Source of the DNA: a bacterium
GTDB lineage: Bacteria > SAR324 > NAC60-12
DNA: 64,000 nt
Assembly (NCBI GenBank): GCA_965233585.1
Contig: CBDDTI010000746.1
Span: 128,001 to 192,000, forward strand
Direction: 5' to 3'
In this document: in pieces, positions 51,158-60,005 of the stretch
Layout of the letters: each line of letters starts with the position of its first letter
Position numbering within the stretch: position 1 is the first letter of the stretch
Made by a program: the position numbers and the translations under genes
The notes under the pieces: generated by a model
Database searches by the model: none
The model's input: only the letters and a program-made list of their open reading frames with translations
Told to the model about the DNA's origin: nothing

Positions 51158-51610
51158 TTATTGATTTTTTAAAGACCTTTCCATGTCACGTTGAGCAGTT
51201 TTCTTTTTAAGAGACTCCCGCTTGTCGTGAATTTTTTTGCCTTTCACCAATGCAATTTCTACTTTCACTTGACCATTTTTGAAGTACAGACTGAGAGGGA
51301 CAAGCGTCAGCCCTTTCTCCCTTACCTGACCATAGAGACGTTTAATCTGGTATTTATGTAAAAGTAATTTACGACTCCTATCAGACTGATGATTCATGCG
51401 ATTGCCATATTCATATTGTGCAATGTGCGTGTTCATCAAAAAAACCTCCATCATGCTATCCACTTTGCAGTAGCCATCATTGATGTTGGCTTTATTCAGC
51501 CGTAGGCTTTTGACTTCTGTGCCTTTGAGAACGATGCCTGCTTCAAACTTTTGTATGATTTCATGTTCAAAGCGTGCTTTTTTATTAGAGGCAATGATTT
51601 TCTGTCCCAT
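51158..51610 (-). CDS. smpB: SsrA-binding protein
   Basis: NKKARFEH, EAGIVLKGTEVKSLR, RKLLLHK, GKKIHDKR. Confidence 0.97.
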   Translation of the reverse strand: MGQKIIASNKKARFEHEIIQKFEAGIVLKGTEVKSLRLNKANINDGYCKVDSMMEVFLMNTHIAQYEYGNRMNHQSDRSRKLLLHKYQIKRLYGQVREKGLTLVPLSLYFKNGQVKVEIALVKGKKIHDKRESLKKKTAQRDMERSLKNQ

Positions 51611-52973
51611 TCTCTGTTTTCAGTTTGTGTGATGCCCATTCTAAAACGCTGTCCAATGATGGAAAATGTCCTTCTAGTTGTAGTTGAAAGCTTTCCCGAA
51701 TCAATGCCCCCATAGCAGGACCAGGTGCCATGCCTAAGGCGATTAAATGCCTTCCTAAAAGCATAGGAGTAAACCCTTTTTTAGGAACTGACAACGTCTT
51801 GAATTGGCGTCTTAACCAATCCCCTGCTGGAAAGGAACGATACATGGCATCAATCGTCGTGCGTCCAAAATGGTCTGCTTGTGCAAGCCTTAACAAATTG
51901 GGAATGTCCACACGCAATGAAAGTCTGCGGATTGCAGAGTCTTTGATGACATGCCTTTGCTGATATAGCATAGCAGGTTGCAAATGTTCTTTGACAAAAA
52001 TTTTGACGTTTTCAATGAGTTCTTTCTCATCTGTCAGCTTTCTCAAAAAAAGTTCAGTTGGTTTCATACCTAGAACATCATGTGCAGGGCTTCGCCATCT
52101 GCCATCTTTAAAAACAGTGGTGACAGGCTTGCCAAAATCATGACACAAGGCACTGAACATCAGTTGTAAATCTTGTTTGGGGTTGCCATCACGCAATCTT
52201 GCCGCCTCGTCTATCACCATGAGTGTATGAATCCAAACATCACCTTCAGGGTGCCATTGAGGGTCTTGAGGTGTCCCAATCAATGCACCAAGCTCGTCAA
52301 AATGCTCTAAAATCCCAAGTTCATTGGCATATTGAAGACCCAGCGAAGGCTTTCTTGCAAGCAAGAATAATTTTTTAAATTCTTCAAACAAACGTTCTTT
52401 GGAAAGTTCAGCAATTTCAAGATTTCTGCAGACTGCCAGTGTTTCAGAGTCAATACGAAATTCAAAACGTCCTGCAAATTGCATCGCACGGAGTACTCGC
52501 AAGGGGTCTTCGCCAAAAGCATCAGAAATATGCTTGAGTTGTTTTTTTTGAATCGCTGTGCGTCCGTCAAAGGGGTCATGCCATTCCTCTTTGGTGGGGT
52601 CATACCCAATGGCATTGATTGTAAAATCTCTTCTTGCTGCCGCTTCTTCAAAGGTAAAGGAAGAGTTCAGCTCTACCTCAAAAGCACGATGTCCCCTGCC
52701 AAGTTTTCTCTCTTTACGAGGCAACGAAAAATCATACTCCCTTTCTTGTGTGAAAAGTTTAAACACTCCAAAAGACTTGCCAACTTCTATGACTTGACCA
52801 AAGCGACCTAACAAAGTTTGCAAACGTTCAGCGTCAATCCCGTAGCACTCAATATCAAAATCTCCGCTTGATGACCTTCCCAAAATAAAATCACGTGTTG
52901 AACCACCGACAAGAATCATCTTGTGAGGTTTCGCACTTTGCATGATTGCCATCAACTCTTGTGGAATATCCAT
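51585..52973 (-). CDS. cca: CCA tRNA nucleotidyltransferase with HD domain
   Basis: VGGSTRD, DFDIE, RRDFTINA, EDPLRVLR, HPEGDVWIHT, LCHDFGK. Confidence 0.88.
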   Translation of the reverse strand: MDIPQELMAIMQSAKPHKMILVGGSTRDFILGRSSSGDFDIECYGIDAERLQTLLGRFGQVIEVGKSFGVFKLFTQEREYDFSLPRKERKLGRGHRAFEVELNSSFTFEEAAARRDFTINAIGYDPTKEEWHDPFDGRTAIQKKQLKHISDAFGEDPLRVLRAMQFAGRFEFRIDSETLAVCRNLEIAELSKERLFEEFKKLFLLARKPSLGLQYANELGILEHFDELGALIGTPQDPQWHPEGDVWIHTLMVIDEAARLRDGNPKQDLQLMFSALCHDFGKPVTTVFKDGRWRSPAHDVLGMKPTELFLRKLTDEKELIENVKIFVKEHLQPAMLYQQRHVIKDSAIRRLSLRVDIPNLLRLAQADHFGRTTIDAMYRSFPAGDWLRRQFKTLSVPKKGFTPMLLGRHLIALGMAPGPAMGALIRESFQLQLEGHFPSLDSVLEWASHKLKTENGTENHCL

Positions 52974-53022
52974 TTTTGCAAAAACTGTGATTGGAGTGAC
53001 TTAAAACGTCTTCACAGATTCA

Positions 53023-53193
53023 TCATCTCTGCTTAGACTGCTTTGAACCTGAAAGGTAGAGGTTAAAAAGGATAGAGGACAAAAGTGCTTTGGCTTCAGC
53101 AAAAATGTTCTCTTCTTGACCTTGGAAAACGGGAGTAGAAACGGCTGTCTCTGTTTCTGCTTGATTGCTAAGGACGTTGTTGATATATTTCAT
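53023..53193 (-). CDS. Small hypothetical protein (56 aa)
   Basis: Manual translation MKYINNVLSNQAETETAVSTPVFQGQEENIFAEAKALLSSILFNLYLSGSKQSKQR*; no recognised motif. Confidence 0.3.
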   Translation of the reverse strand: MKYINNVLSNQAETETAVSTPVFQGQEENIFAEAKALLSSILFNLYLSGSKQSKQR

Positions 53194-53313
53194 AACTCTA
53201 GCACTTTTTTGCTCATTGCTTGCTTTATTTCTTTCAAAAGCAAGGCATCTAGTCTAGCAGATTTTTGAGAAAAAGAAGGAGAAGCAACAAGTTTTCTGTC
53301 ATTAATAAAATTC

Positions 53314-54015
53314 ATGGATTCCAAAAAAGTCAATCAGCTGTGTGAAAAGCTGGGGTATCAGTTTGAAAATGCGCAACTCTTGGAACAAGCGATGACTCAC
53401 ACTTCTTACTGTTCAGGAGTGGCATCAACCCCATACCACAATGAAAGACTTGAGTTTTTAGGAGATGCCTTGCTTGAACTAGCGATTAGCGAACACTTAA
53501 TGAATGCTTACCCTCATCTGCGAGAAGGGACTTTGAGCCAAATGCGGGCAAAACTGGTCAACACAGAAAGCCTCAGTCAACTTTCAAACAAGCTAGGACT
53601 TCATCTTTTGCTTCAATTAGGAAGGAGTGAAGAAAAATCTGGAGGCAGGAAGAAGCAGTCTATTTTAGCAGATGCCTTTGAGGCACTGATGGCGGCAGTT
53701 TATTTGGACGCCAAGCTAGACTTTGGAGTAATACGTCAGTTGTCAAAACACTTGTTTCAGGAACAAATCCAGCAATTACAGCACGTCTCTTCTCTGGACT
53801 TCAAGGGGCATTTACAGCAATACACCCAAGCCGAATTTCAAACTTTGCCTGTTTACCAGACCGTGAAGGAATCAGGTGCAGACCATGACAAACTTTTTGA
53901 AGTAGTGGTCTTAATCAATGACACCGAACATGGCAAAGGGAGTGGCAAAAGTAGAAAACAAGCAGAATTGTCTGCCGCACAATCTGCACTTGCTCAACTT
54001 CGGTTGTCAACCTGA
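53314..54015 (+). CDS. rnc: Ribonuclease III
   Basis: HNERLEFLGDA, ADAFEA, C-terminal dsRBD. Confidence 0.97.
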   Translation: MDSKKVNQLCEKLGYQFENAQLLEQAMTHTSYCSGVASTPYHNERLEFLGDALLELAISEHLMNAYPHLREGTLSQMRAKLVNTESLSQLSNKLGLHLLLQLGRSEEKSGGRKKQSILADAFEALMAAVYLDAKLDFGVIRQLSKHLFQEQIQQLQHVSSLDFKGHLQQYTQAEFQTLPVYQTVKESGADHDKLFEVVVLINDTEHGKGSGKSRKQAELSAAQSALAQLRLST

Positions 54016-54039
54016 CCCCTTCTTTCAAAACACAATTCC

Positions 54040-55035
54040 ATGACGTTTGACTGTTCTCCATCTATTCCAAGAGATTGGATTCTTTCGCTCATCTGTCTTA
54101 CAAACACTTCTCCATGTCTGCAAACAATTTCAGACCTTTGCCAACCCTTCGGCTTACAAATCGTGGCATGTCAAAAATTATCTTCAAATGATAGCCAAAA
54201 AAACCATAGCACCCAAAATGACACTCAAGAACCTGATGTCTTGGAAGTCTCATTGAAACAACAAGGCTCTTTTTGCAAGCAAGAGTGGATTCATGCCTTA
54301 CTTCAAAAGCATCAGCAAGGTTTGTTTGACTTCGCTGTTCAGGCGGCAACCCCCTTTTATCAAAGACCGAGATTGGTCATGTTTGATGTGGATATGACGT
54401 TCTTGCAGTGTGAAGTCATTGATGAACTGGCTTGTTTGTCAGGGGAAGATCACGCAGTGAAAGCCATCACGCATCAGACGATGTTGGGGCATCTTGATTT
54501 TAAACAGGCACTTGAACAACGTGTCGCACTGCTCAAAGGGATTCAAGTGGGGGCAATGAATCAAATTTGCGAAAACTTACCCTATACGCAGGGGATTCAA
54601 GTCTTAGTTCCAATTCTTAAGACGATGGGTTGTGAAGTGGGCATCGTCAGTGGAGGCTTTGATTTTTTGGCAAATTGCCTGAAAAAAGAATTTGGGTTGC
54701 ATCATGCCTACGCCAACCAACTTGAAATCCAGCAAGGCAGGCTGACAGGCAGACTGCTTGGTCAAATTGTTGATGCTGACCAAAAAGGCAAGATTGTCAA
54801 AGCCATTGCCGAGCAGCAAGGGCTTTTTCCTGAACAGGTCATCACAGTAGGCGATGGTGCAAACGATTTGCAAATGTTGCAATTTGCAGGTTTAGGAGTG
54901 GCGTTTAATGCAAAACCCGTTGTCAAGGCATCTGCAACGGGAGTCCTTTCTACTCCTGACATCAGCAGACTGCTTTATTTTTTAGGATTCTCAGCGTTTG
55001 AACAACATCAACTCAAACAAAAACTTGGTCTTTAA
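54040..55035 (+). CDS. serB: Phosphoserine phosphatase
   Basis: FDVDMTFLQCEVIDELA, VSGGF, VGDGANDL, AFNAKP. Confidence 0.92.
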   Translation: MTFDCSPSIPRDWILSLICLTNTSPCLQTISDLCQPFGLQIVACQKLSSNDSQKNHSTQNDTQEPDVLEVSLKQQGSFCKQEWIHALLQKHQQGLFDFAVQAATPFYQRPRLVMFDVDMTFLQCEVIDELACLSGEDHAVKAITHQTMLGHLDFKQALEQRVALLKGIQVGAMNQICENLPYTQGIQVLVPILKTMGCEVGIVSGGFDFLANCLKKEFGLHHAYANQLEIQQGRLTGRLLGQIVDADQKGKIVKAIAEQQGLFPEQVITVGDGANDLQMLQFAGLGVAFNAKPVVKASATGVLSTPDISRLLYFLGFSAFEQHQLKQKLGL

Positions 55036-55159
55036 AACTCCCATAATTTTTGACCTTCAGCCTATTCATTTCCCTAGTTTCTTCACTTTCTGATTCCCCC
55101 TTTGGTGAAGGTGTGCTTGCCTTCAGCAAGTAGGGTGTTTTTTTCGTTACCACACAACC

Positions 55160-55354
55160 GTCATTGAGGGCTTGACCCGCAATCTCTCTTGTCTTTTTCT
55201 CACTTCCCCGTCATTGCTGACCTTGAAAAAAGTCATTGCGGGACCTGACCCGCAATCTCTCTTTTATTTTTTGAGATTCCGCATCAAGTGCGGAATGACT
55301 GAGAGGTTTTGTAGGCGTGTCTTTTCGTCATTGCGGGACCTGACCCGCAATCTC
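55160..55354. repeat. Cluster of GTCATT-headed palindromic repeats (REP/dRS3/RPE-like)
   Basis: gtcattgcgggacctgacccgcaatctc at 55232 and 55327, variant at 55160, inverted unit gattccgcatcaagtgcggaatgac at 55275. Confidence 0.9.
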
Positions 55355-55568
55355 CCTTGTTTTTTCACAATAACCCTCATCTTTCCTGACCTCCCAATCT
55401 GCTCCTTTTTTCCTTTTTTTGAAAAATCTTCAAAACTTTTTAAAACTTTTTAAATTTTTTTCAAAACCTTTCAAACCCTTATCTTTTCTGACTTCCTGAC
55501 CTTCCTCTTTTTCCAAAAAATCTTTAAAATTCCTTAAAAAACTAAAAAATGACCCAAAAATTAAAAAC

Positions 55569-55736
55569 GTTGGCTTGTTTTTTTTTTTTGTACGTGCATA
55601 ATGCCCGTTTTGGCTTTTCGCAAAACTCTCATCTTGAAAACAAATGAGGTTTTCATTTCAAGAGGGGAGTTTTTCGTGTGACAGCACCCGCAGGGGGTGC
55701 TGTTGTTTTGTTTCATCTCTCATTGGAGTTAATCAA
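55569..55736 (+). promoter_or_regulatory. Poly-T promoter and two-hairpin leader of lipoprotein B
   Basis: ggcTTG-T12(55578-55589)-gtacgtgCATAAT; hairpins 55622-55673 and 55680-55704; GGAG at 55725. Confidence 0.65.
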
Positions 55737-58700
55737 ATGTTTGCATTTCGTACGATGAAAGTGTTCCCCAAAGCACTTGTTGCCCTCACCGATGCTTTGG
55801 CATCATTCCTCAAACCTTCTTGCCTTAAAAAATGCTCAATCCTGCTTGGCGCCAGTGTTGTGATTGGCTGCGGTGAAGATGGTGCTGTGTCAGTGTCAGC
55901 CAAACACACTGCCCAGACCAAGCCAGAGTCAAGCGAGTCTGTGTGTCTGGAGATTCCCCAAGCCCTGACGCAAGGCACAGGCAACCTTGCCGTCTTCAAT
56001 TCACTGGGTCAAGATGTCCTGCTGTCGTATTCCAGCAAGCTGAATACAGATGATGTGCTTGCCGTCATTGGTGCCAAGCAAAAAGGGGTCAAAGTGGACA
56101 TTTCCAAAAGGACTTCTTCCATCGTCACCTTGTTCGCCTTCAAGATGCCAGCTGTCCAAGACTACTTTGAAGCAGACTGCGATGATTCCCAAATGCCAAC
56201 GGCTTTTATGCAGAGTGGGTTCATTCCATCAGCCAAATCCAGTTTTGTGATAGGCACTAAAGAATCCAAGTCAGACTATGGCATGTTGCTGGTGCGAAAC
56301 AATCGTGATGAGAAGGTGTCTATTTTTCAAGGCAGTTCGCAGAATCAGCAAATTGGCGTCATTGCCAGCAAGGAACTGGACTACCGAATCAAGATTCCTG
56401 TCGGTGCTAGACTGCTGATGTTTTACCCACACACAGATTCAGGAGAGATTGACTTCCAAAATCCTGTCCTTGTGAAGAACCTAGTCTTTAACAAAGATGA
56501 CAAAAAACGCATCATCATTCCTGAACAACAAGTCTTGAGCGTGGCAAAAATCAACTTTACTAATTCTTCTGACCAAGATGTGATGCTGACCGTGAAGAAC
56601 AGTGATGAGGCGTTGTTTAATGTAGAATGCAGTTGTGCAGATTTTAACAAAAATTCTGTGTCAGCCAAGATGATTCTGGTCAATGGAAAGTATTATGCTG
56701 ATGACTTCTTCTTTTCTGTCATTAGTTTAGACACAGGTCAAACTTTGATTCGGAGTAAGCCTTTTCAGCTGGACAAAAACACGAATGTGAATTTTACATT
56801 GAACAAGAATTTGACGCTGACGAAGGGCTTGGTCAATGCCGTTGTTGCGAAGAATCAAGAGCCAGAGAAGCCAGAAGACTTGAAAATCAGCCAAGTGACC
56901 TCTAATAGTTTGCAATTAAGCTGGTCGCCTTCTGCAGACGCTGATGGCGAAGTGACAGGTTACGAAGTCTCTCACAAAACAGGCAATGGAAACTGGCAAG
57001 TCGGCACAGACACCACTCAAACAATCGTCATCGTCTCTGGTTTGCAACCTGCCACTGCCTACACCTTTCGTGTCCGTGCCAAAGATGATGAAAATGCTTG
57101 GAGTGATTATGAAGAAAGCAAACCTGTCCAGACGCTTCCTGCTGCCAACAAACCACCTGAAAAACCCAGCAACATCAGCACCAGCGATGTCACTGCAGAC
57201 AGCATCAAGGTCTCATGGACTGCTGCCACAGATTCTGACGGACAAGTGACAGGCTACGAAATCTCTTACAAAACAGGCAATGGATTCTGGTCAGGCACAA
57301 GCACGACAGCCAACACGGCATACACCTTTCAATCGCTGCAACCTGCCACCAGCTACACTTTCCGCATTCGTGCCAAAGATGATGACGGAGATTGGAGTCC
57401 TTACCAGACAAGCACCGCTGTCAGCACTGCACCCAATGCACCAACTTCCCTTGCAGTGTCTGCCAGAAGCCTGACCTTTATGATGACTTTAGGCAACAGC
57501 TATGAATGTTCCAAAGATGCAGGCACCACAAAAACCAACTGCAACAGCCCCTTTAGTTTTGGTGATGATGCCATTGCCAAAGACAAGCTGTGCGTCCGTG
57601 TCAAAGCATCAGGCAACACTCCCGCATCAGACTGGGCTTGCTATGACCAAGACATTGCTCAAAAAACTCCTGCTGTCAGCCAAGCAGTCACTTGGAATTT
57701 TGACAACGGCAACAAGCCAAATGGCTTAACAGGCAACTGGTCTGTTGTCTCTGGTGGGGCAAACAGCACTTCCAAAAGCCTCAAATCTGCAAACATTGGC
57801 AGCAATCAACAAACCTGCGTCCAAACCACACGCAATGTCTCAGCAGGAGACGTGGAATTTCAATACAAAGTCAGTTCAGAACAAAATTATGACGAACTCT
57901 TCTTCTACATTGATTCTTCAGAAAAGCTAGGGGGCAAAAGTGGAAACATCGGCTGGACACAAGCCAGCTATGCTGTCTCGGCTGGAAGCCACACCTTCAA
58001 ATGGTGCTACAAAAAAGACTATGCCCTCAGTGAAGGAGACGATGCCGCTTGGATTGACCAAGTCAACTTTCCAGACTCTTCTGCTGCCTCCCATGACTTC
58101 TCCAAATACACTTGGAAAGAAATCAAACCCAATGACAACACAGGCTGGTCTAAACGTTGGGGGCATACCAGCGTCGTTTTTAACAACAAAATCTGGGTAA
58201 TTGAAGGTGATGTCTGGAGTTCTGCTGATGGTCAAACTTGGACTAAAGAGACGAGCAATCCTGGCTGGTCTTGGCGTATTCGTCATACAAGCGTTGTTTT
58301 TGATAATAAAATCTGGGTGCTGGGGGGAACTGATAGTCCTAAAAACGATGTCTGGAGTTCTTCTGATGGCAAGAATTGGACTAAAGTCACTGCTTCAGCA
58401 GATTGGTCTAATCGCAGAGAGCATAGCAGCGTTGTATTTAAGAACAAAATCTGGGTGCTGGGAGGATGGTCTAACACTCACAAAAACGATGTCTGGAGTT
58501 CTTCTGATGGCAAGAATTGGACTAAAGAGACGAACAATGCAGGCTGGTCAAAACGTTATTCACATACAAGCGTTGTCTTTAACAACAAAATTTGGGTGAT
58601 TGGAGGAGGTGTAGGGAATGGAATTGTCAAAAATGATGTCTGGAGTTCTTCTAATGGAACAACTTGGGAAGAGCATAAGATTCCATCAGGCAAGACCCGT

Positions 58701-59351
58701 TGGTCTTCAAGGGAAGAACATAAAAGCGTTGTGTTTGATGGCAAAATCTGGATTCTTGTGGGAGATGGTATTGGATTTCACTACAACGATGTTTGGAGTT
58801 CTTCTGACGGAGCAAACTGGACAAAAGTCACTGATTCAGCAGTCTGGATAAAACGTCGGCAACATAGCAGCGTTGTATTTAATGATAAAATCTGGGTGCT
58901 GGGTGGATATGATGGTTCTAGCAGAAACGATGTTTGGGCATTTGGTCCTCCGTCTTCTCAAATTTGGAGTTTTGAGGACAATAAAAAGCCTAGTGGTTTG
59001 AGTGGCAACTGGGCTGTGGTCTCTGGTGGTGCAAGTGGCAGTTCCAAAAGCCTTAAGTCTGCAAGCATTGGCAATAATCAAGAGACTTGTGTCCAAACAA
59101 CGCAAACCGTTTCCAACGGACAAATCAAGTTTCACTACAAAGTGAGTTCAGAACGAAGGTATGACAAACTCTTCTTTTACATCGGGTCTTCAGAAAAGCT
59201 AGGAGGCAAAAGTGGAACGATTGCTTGGAAGCAAGCCAGTTTCAACGTCTCTGCTGGAAGCCACACCTTCAAATGGTGCTACAAGAAGGACAGTTCCGAC
59301 AGCGAAGGAAGAGATGCCGTCTGGATTGATGACGTCCAGTTCCCACAATAA
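55737..59351 (+). CDS. Large surface lipoprotein B: extended signal, unknown N-domain, 2 FN3, Cys module, beta-sandwich, 6 Kelch-like repeats, beta-sandwich
   Basis: Start at 55737 by homology to lipoprotein A and RBS; lipobox VIGC; FN3 LQPATxYTFRxRAKD x2; WSxRxxHxSVVFxNKIWVxGG..NDVWSSxDG x6; duplicated domain of about 128 aa. Confidence 0.88.
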   Translation: MFAFRTMKVFPKALVALTDALASFLKPSCLKKCSILLGASVVIGCGEDGAVSVSAKHTAQTKPESSESVCLEIPQALTQGTGNLAVFNSLGQDVLLSYSSKLNTDDVLAVIGAKQKGVKVDISKRTSSIVTLFAFKMPAVQDYFEADCDDSQMPTAFMQSGFIPSAKSSFVIGTKESKSDYGMLLVRNNRDEKVSIFQGSSQNQQIGVIASKELDYRIKIPVGARLLMFYPHTDSGEIDFQNPVLVKNLVFNKDDKKRIIIPEQQVLSVAKINFTNSSDQDVMLTVKNSDEALFNVECSCADFNKNSVSAKMILVNGKYYADDFFFSVISLDTGQTLIRSKPFQLDKNTNVNFTLNKNLTLTKGLVNAVVAKNQEPEKPEDLKISQVTSNSLQLSWSPSADADGEVTGYEVSHKTGNGNWQVGTDTTQTIVIVSGLQPATAYTFRVRAKDDENAWSDYEESKPVQTLPAANKPPEKPSNISTSDVTADSIKVSWTAATDSDGQVTGYEISYKTGNGFWSGTSTTANTAYTFQSLQPATSYTFRIRAKDDDGDWSPYQTSTAVSTAPNAPTSLAVSARSLTFMMTLGNSYECSKDAGTTKTNCNSPFSFGDDAIAKDKLCVRVKASGNTPASDWACYDQDIAQKTPAVSQAVTWNFDNGNKPNGLTGNWSVVSGGANSTSKSLKSANIGSNQQTCVQTTRNVSAGDVEFQYKVSSEQNYDELFFYIDSSEKLGGKSGNIGWTQASYAVSAGSHTFKWCYKKDYALSEGDDAAWIDQVNFPDSSAASHDFSKYTWKEIKPNDNTGWSKRWGHTSVVFNNKIWVIEGDVWSSADGQTWTKETSNPGWSWRIRHTSVVFDNKIWVLGGTDSPKNDVWSSSDGKNWTKVTASADWSNRREHSSVVFKNKIWVLGGWSNTHKNDVWSSSDGKNWTKETNNAGWSKRYSHTSVVFNNKIWVIGGGVGNGIVKNDVWSSSNGTTWEEHKIPSGKTRWSSREEHKSVVFDGKIWILVGDGIGFHYNDVWSSSDGANWTKVTDSAVWIKRRQHSSVVFNDKIWVLGGYDGSSRNDVWAFGPPSSQIWSFEDNKKPSGLSGNWAVVSGGASGSSKSLKSASIGNNQETCVQTTQTVSNGQIKFHYKVSSERRYDKLFFYIGSSEKLGGKSGTIAWKQASFNVSAGSHTFKWCYKKDSSDSEGRDAVWIDDVQFPQ
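58140..58945 (+). repeat. Six intragenic Kelch-like repeats
   Basis: Six copies of H.SVVF..KIW..G followed by DVWS/DVWA. Confidence 0.9.
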
Positions 59352-59368
59352 GCAACCTTTCAAAAACT

Positions 59369-59904
59369 TCCCTTCCTTTCTTGAGAAAGGAGGGCAGTCA
59401 AAGCCTGACGGGGTAATCTTTTTTTGTTTGTGACTACCCCGTCATTGCTCACCTTGAAAAATGTCATTGCGAATCTTGCCCGCAATCTCATTCTTCTTAA
59501 AACACAGGACAAACACGTGGGTTTGTCCCTACTCTGTCATTGCGGACTGTGTATTTAGTCATTCCTGCGAAAGCAGGAATCTCTCTTTTGTTTTTTCTCA
59601 TTTCCCCGTCATTGCTCACTTTGACCCGCAGTCTCTATCTTGTTTTTTGAGATTCCGCATCAAGTGCGGAATGACAACTATTGTCATTCCTGCGGAAGCG
59701 GGAATCTACCCTCTCACTGCTGATGGATTCCGCATCAAGCACGGAATGACAGACTTGTAATTGTGCGAAAGAACGTCACCCCTGTGAAAACAGGGGCAGG
59801 AATCCAGTCACGTTAGTAATCTGTGCTTGGTTTGGTGATAGATTCCGCATCAAGTGCGGAATGACGGAGGGCGTTTGAGATTCCGTGTTAGGCAGGGAAT
59901 GACG
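59369..59904. repeat. Array of about 10 palindromic repeats in both orientations
   Basis: gattccgcatcaagtgcggaatgac at 59651 and 59841, variant at 59726; gtcattcctgc(gaa/gga)agc(a/g)ggaatc units; GTAG-type hairpin ggacaaac..gtttgtccctac. Confidence 0.92.
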
Positions 59905-60005
59905 AAAGGAAGTGAGGTGGATTGAAGAACTTTGCCCTTCTGCTACTCATTAGAGAGAAGATGACCCCAGAAGTAACAGAGATTGGTCTCTCTGCTACTT
60001 GTTTT

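Noticed and set aside
55172..55453. ORF-track 93-aa protein (and the 99-aa ORF at 59461-59760)
   Set aside because: Translations of the palindromic repeats (VIAGPDPQS, RFRIKCGMT, VIPAEAGI); unlikely to be genes
55644..55736. Longer N-terminus of lipoprotein B given by the ORF track
   Set aside because: Paralog homology and the GGAG RBS place the start at 55737; this stretch is the structured leader
57688..59351. Diversity-generating retroelement TR/VR pair
   Set aside because: No reverse transcriptase in the window; differences between repeat copies are not adenine-specific and both copies are in-frame coding
59369..59904. CRISPR array
   Set aside because: Units occur in both orientations, spacing is irregular (75 and 115 nt between 25-mers), several unit types are mixed, and no cas genes are in the window
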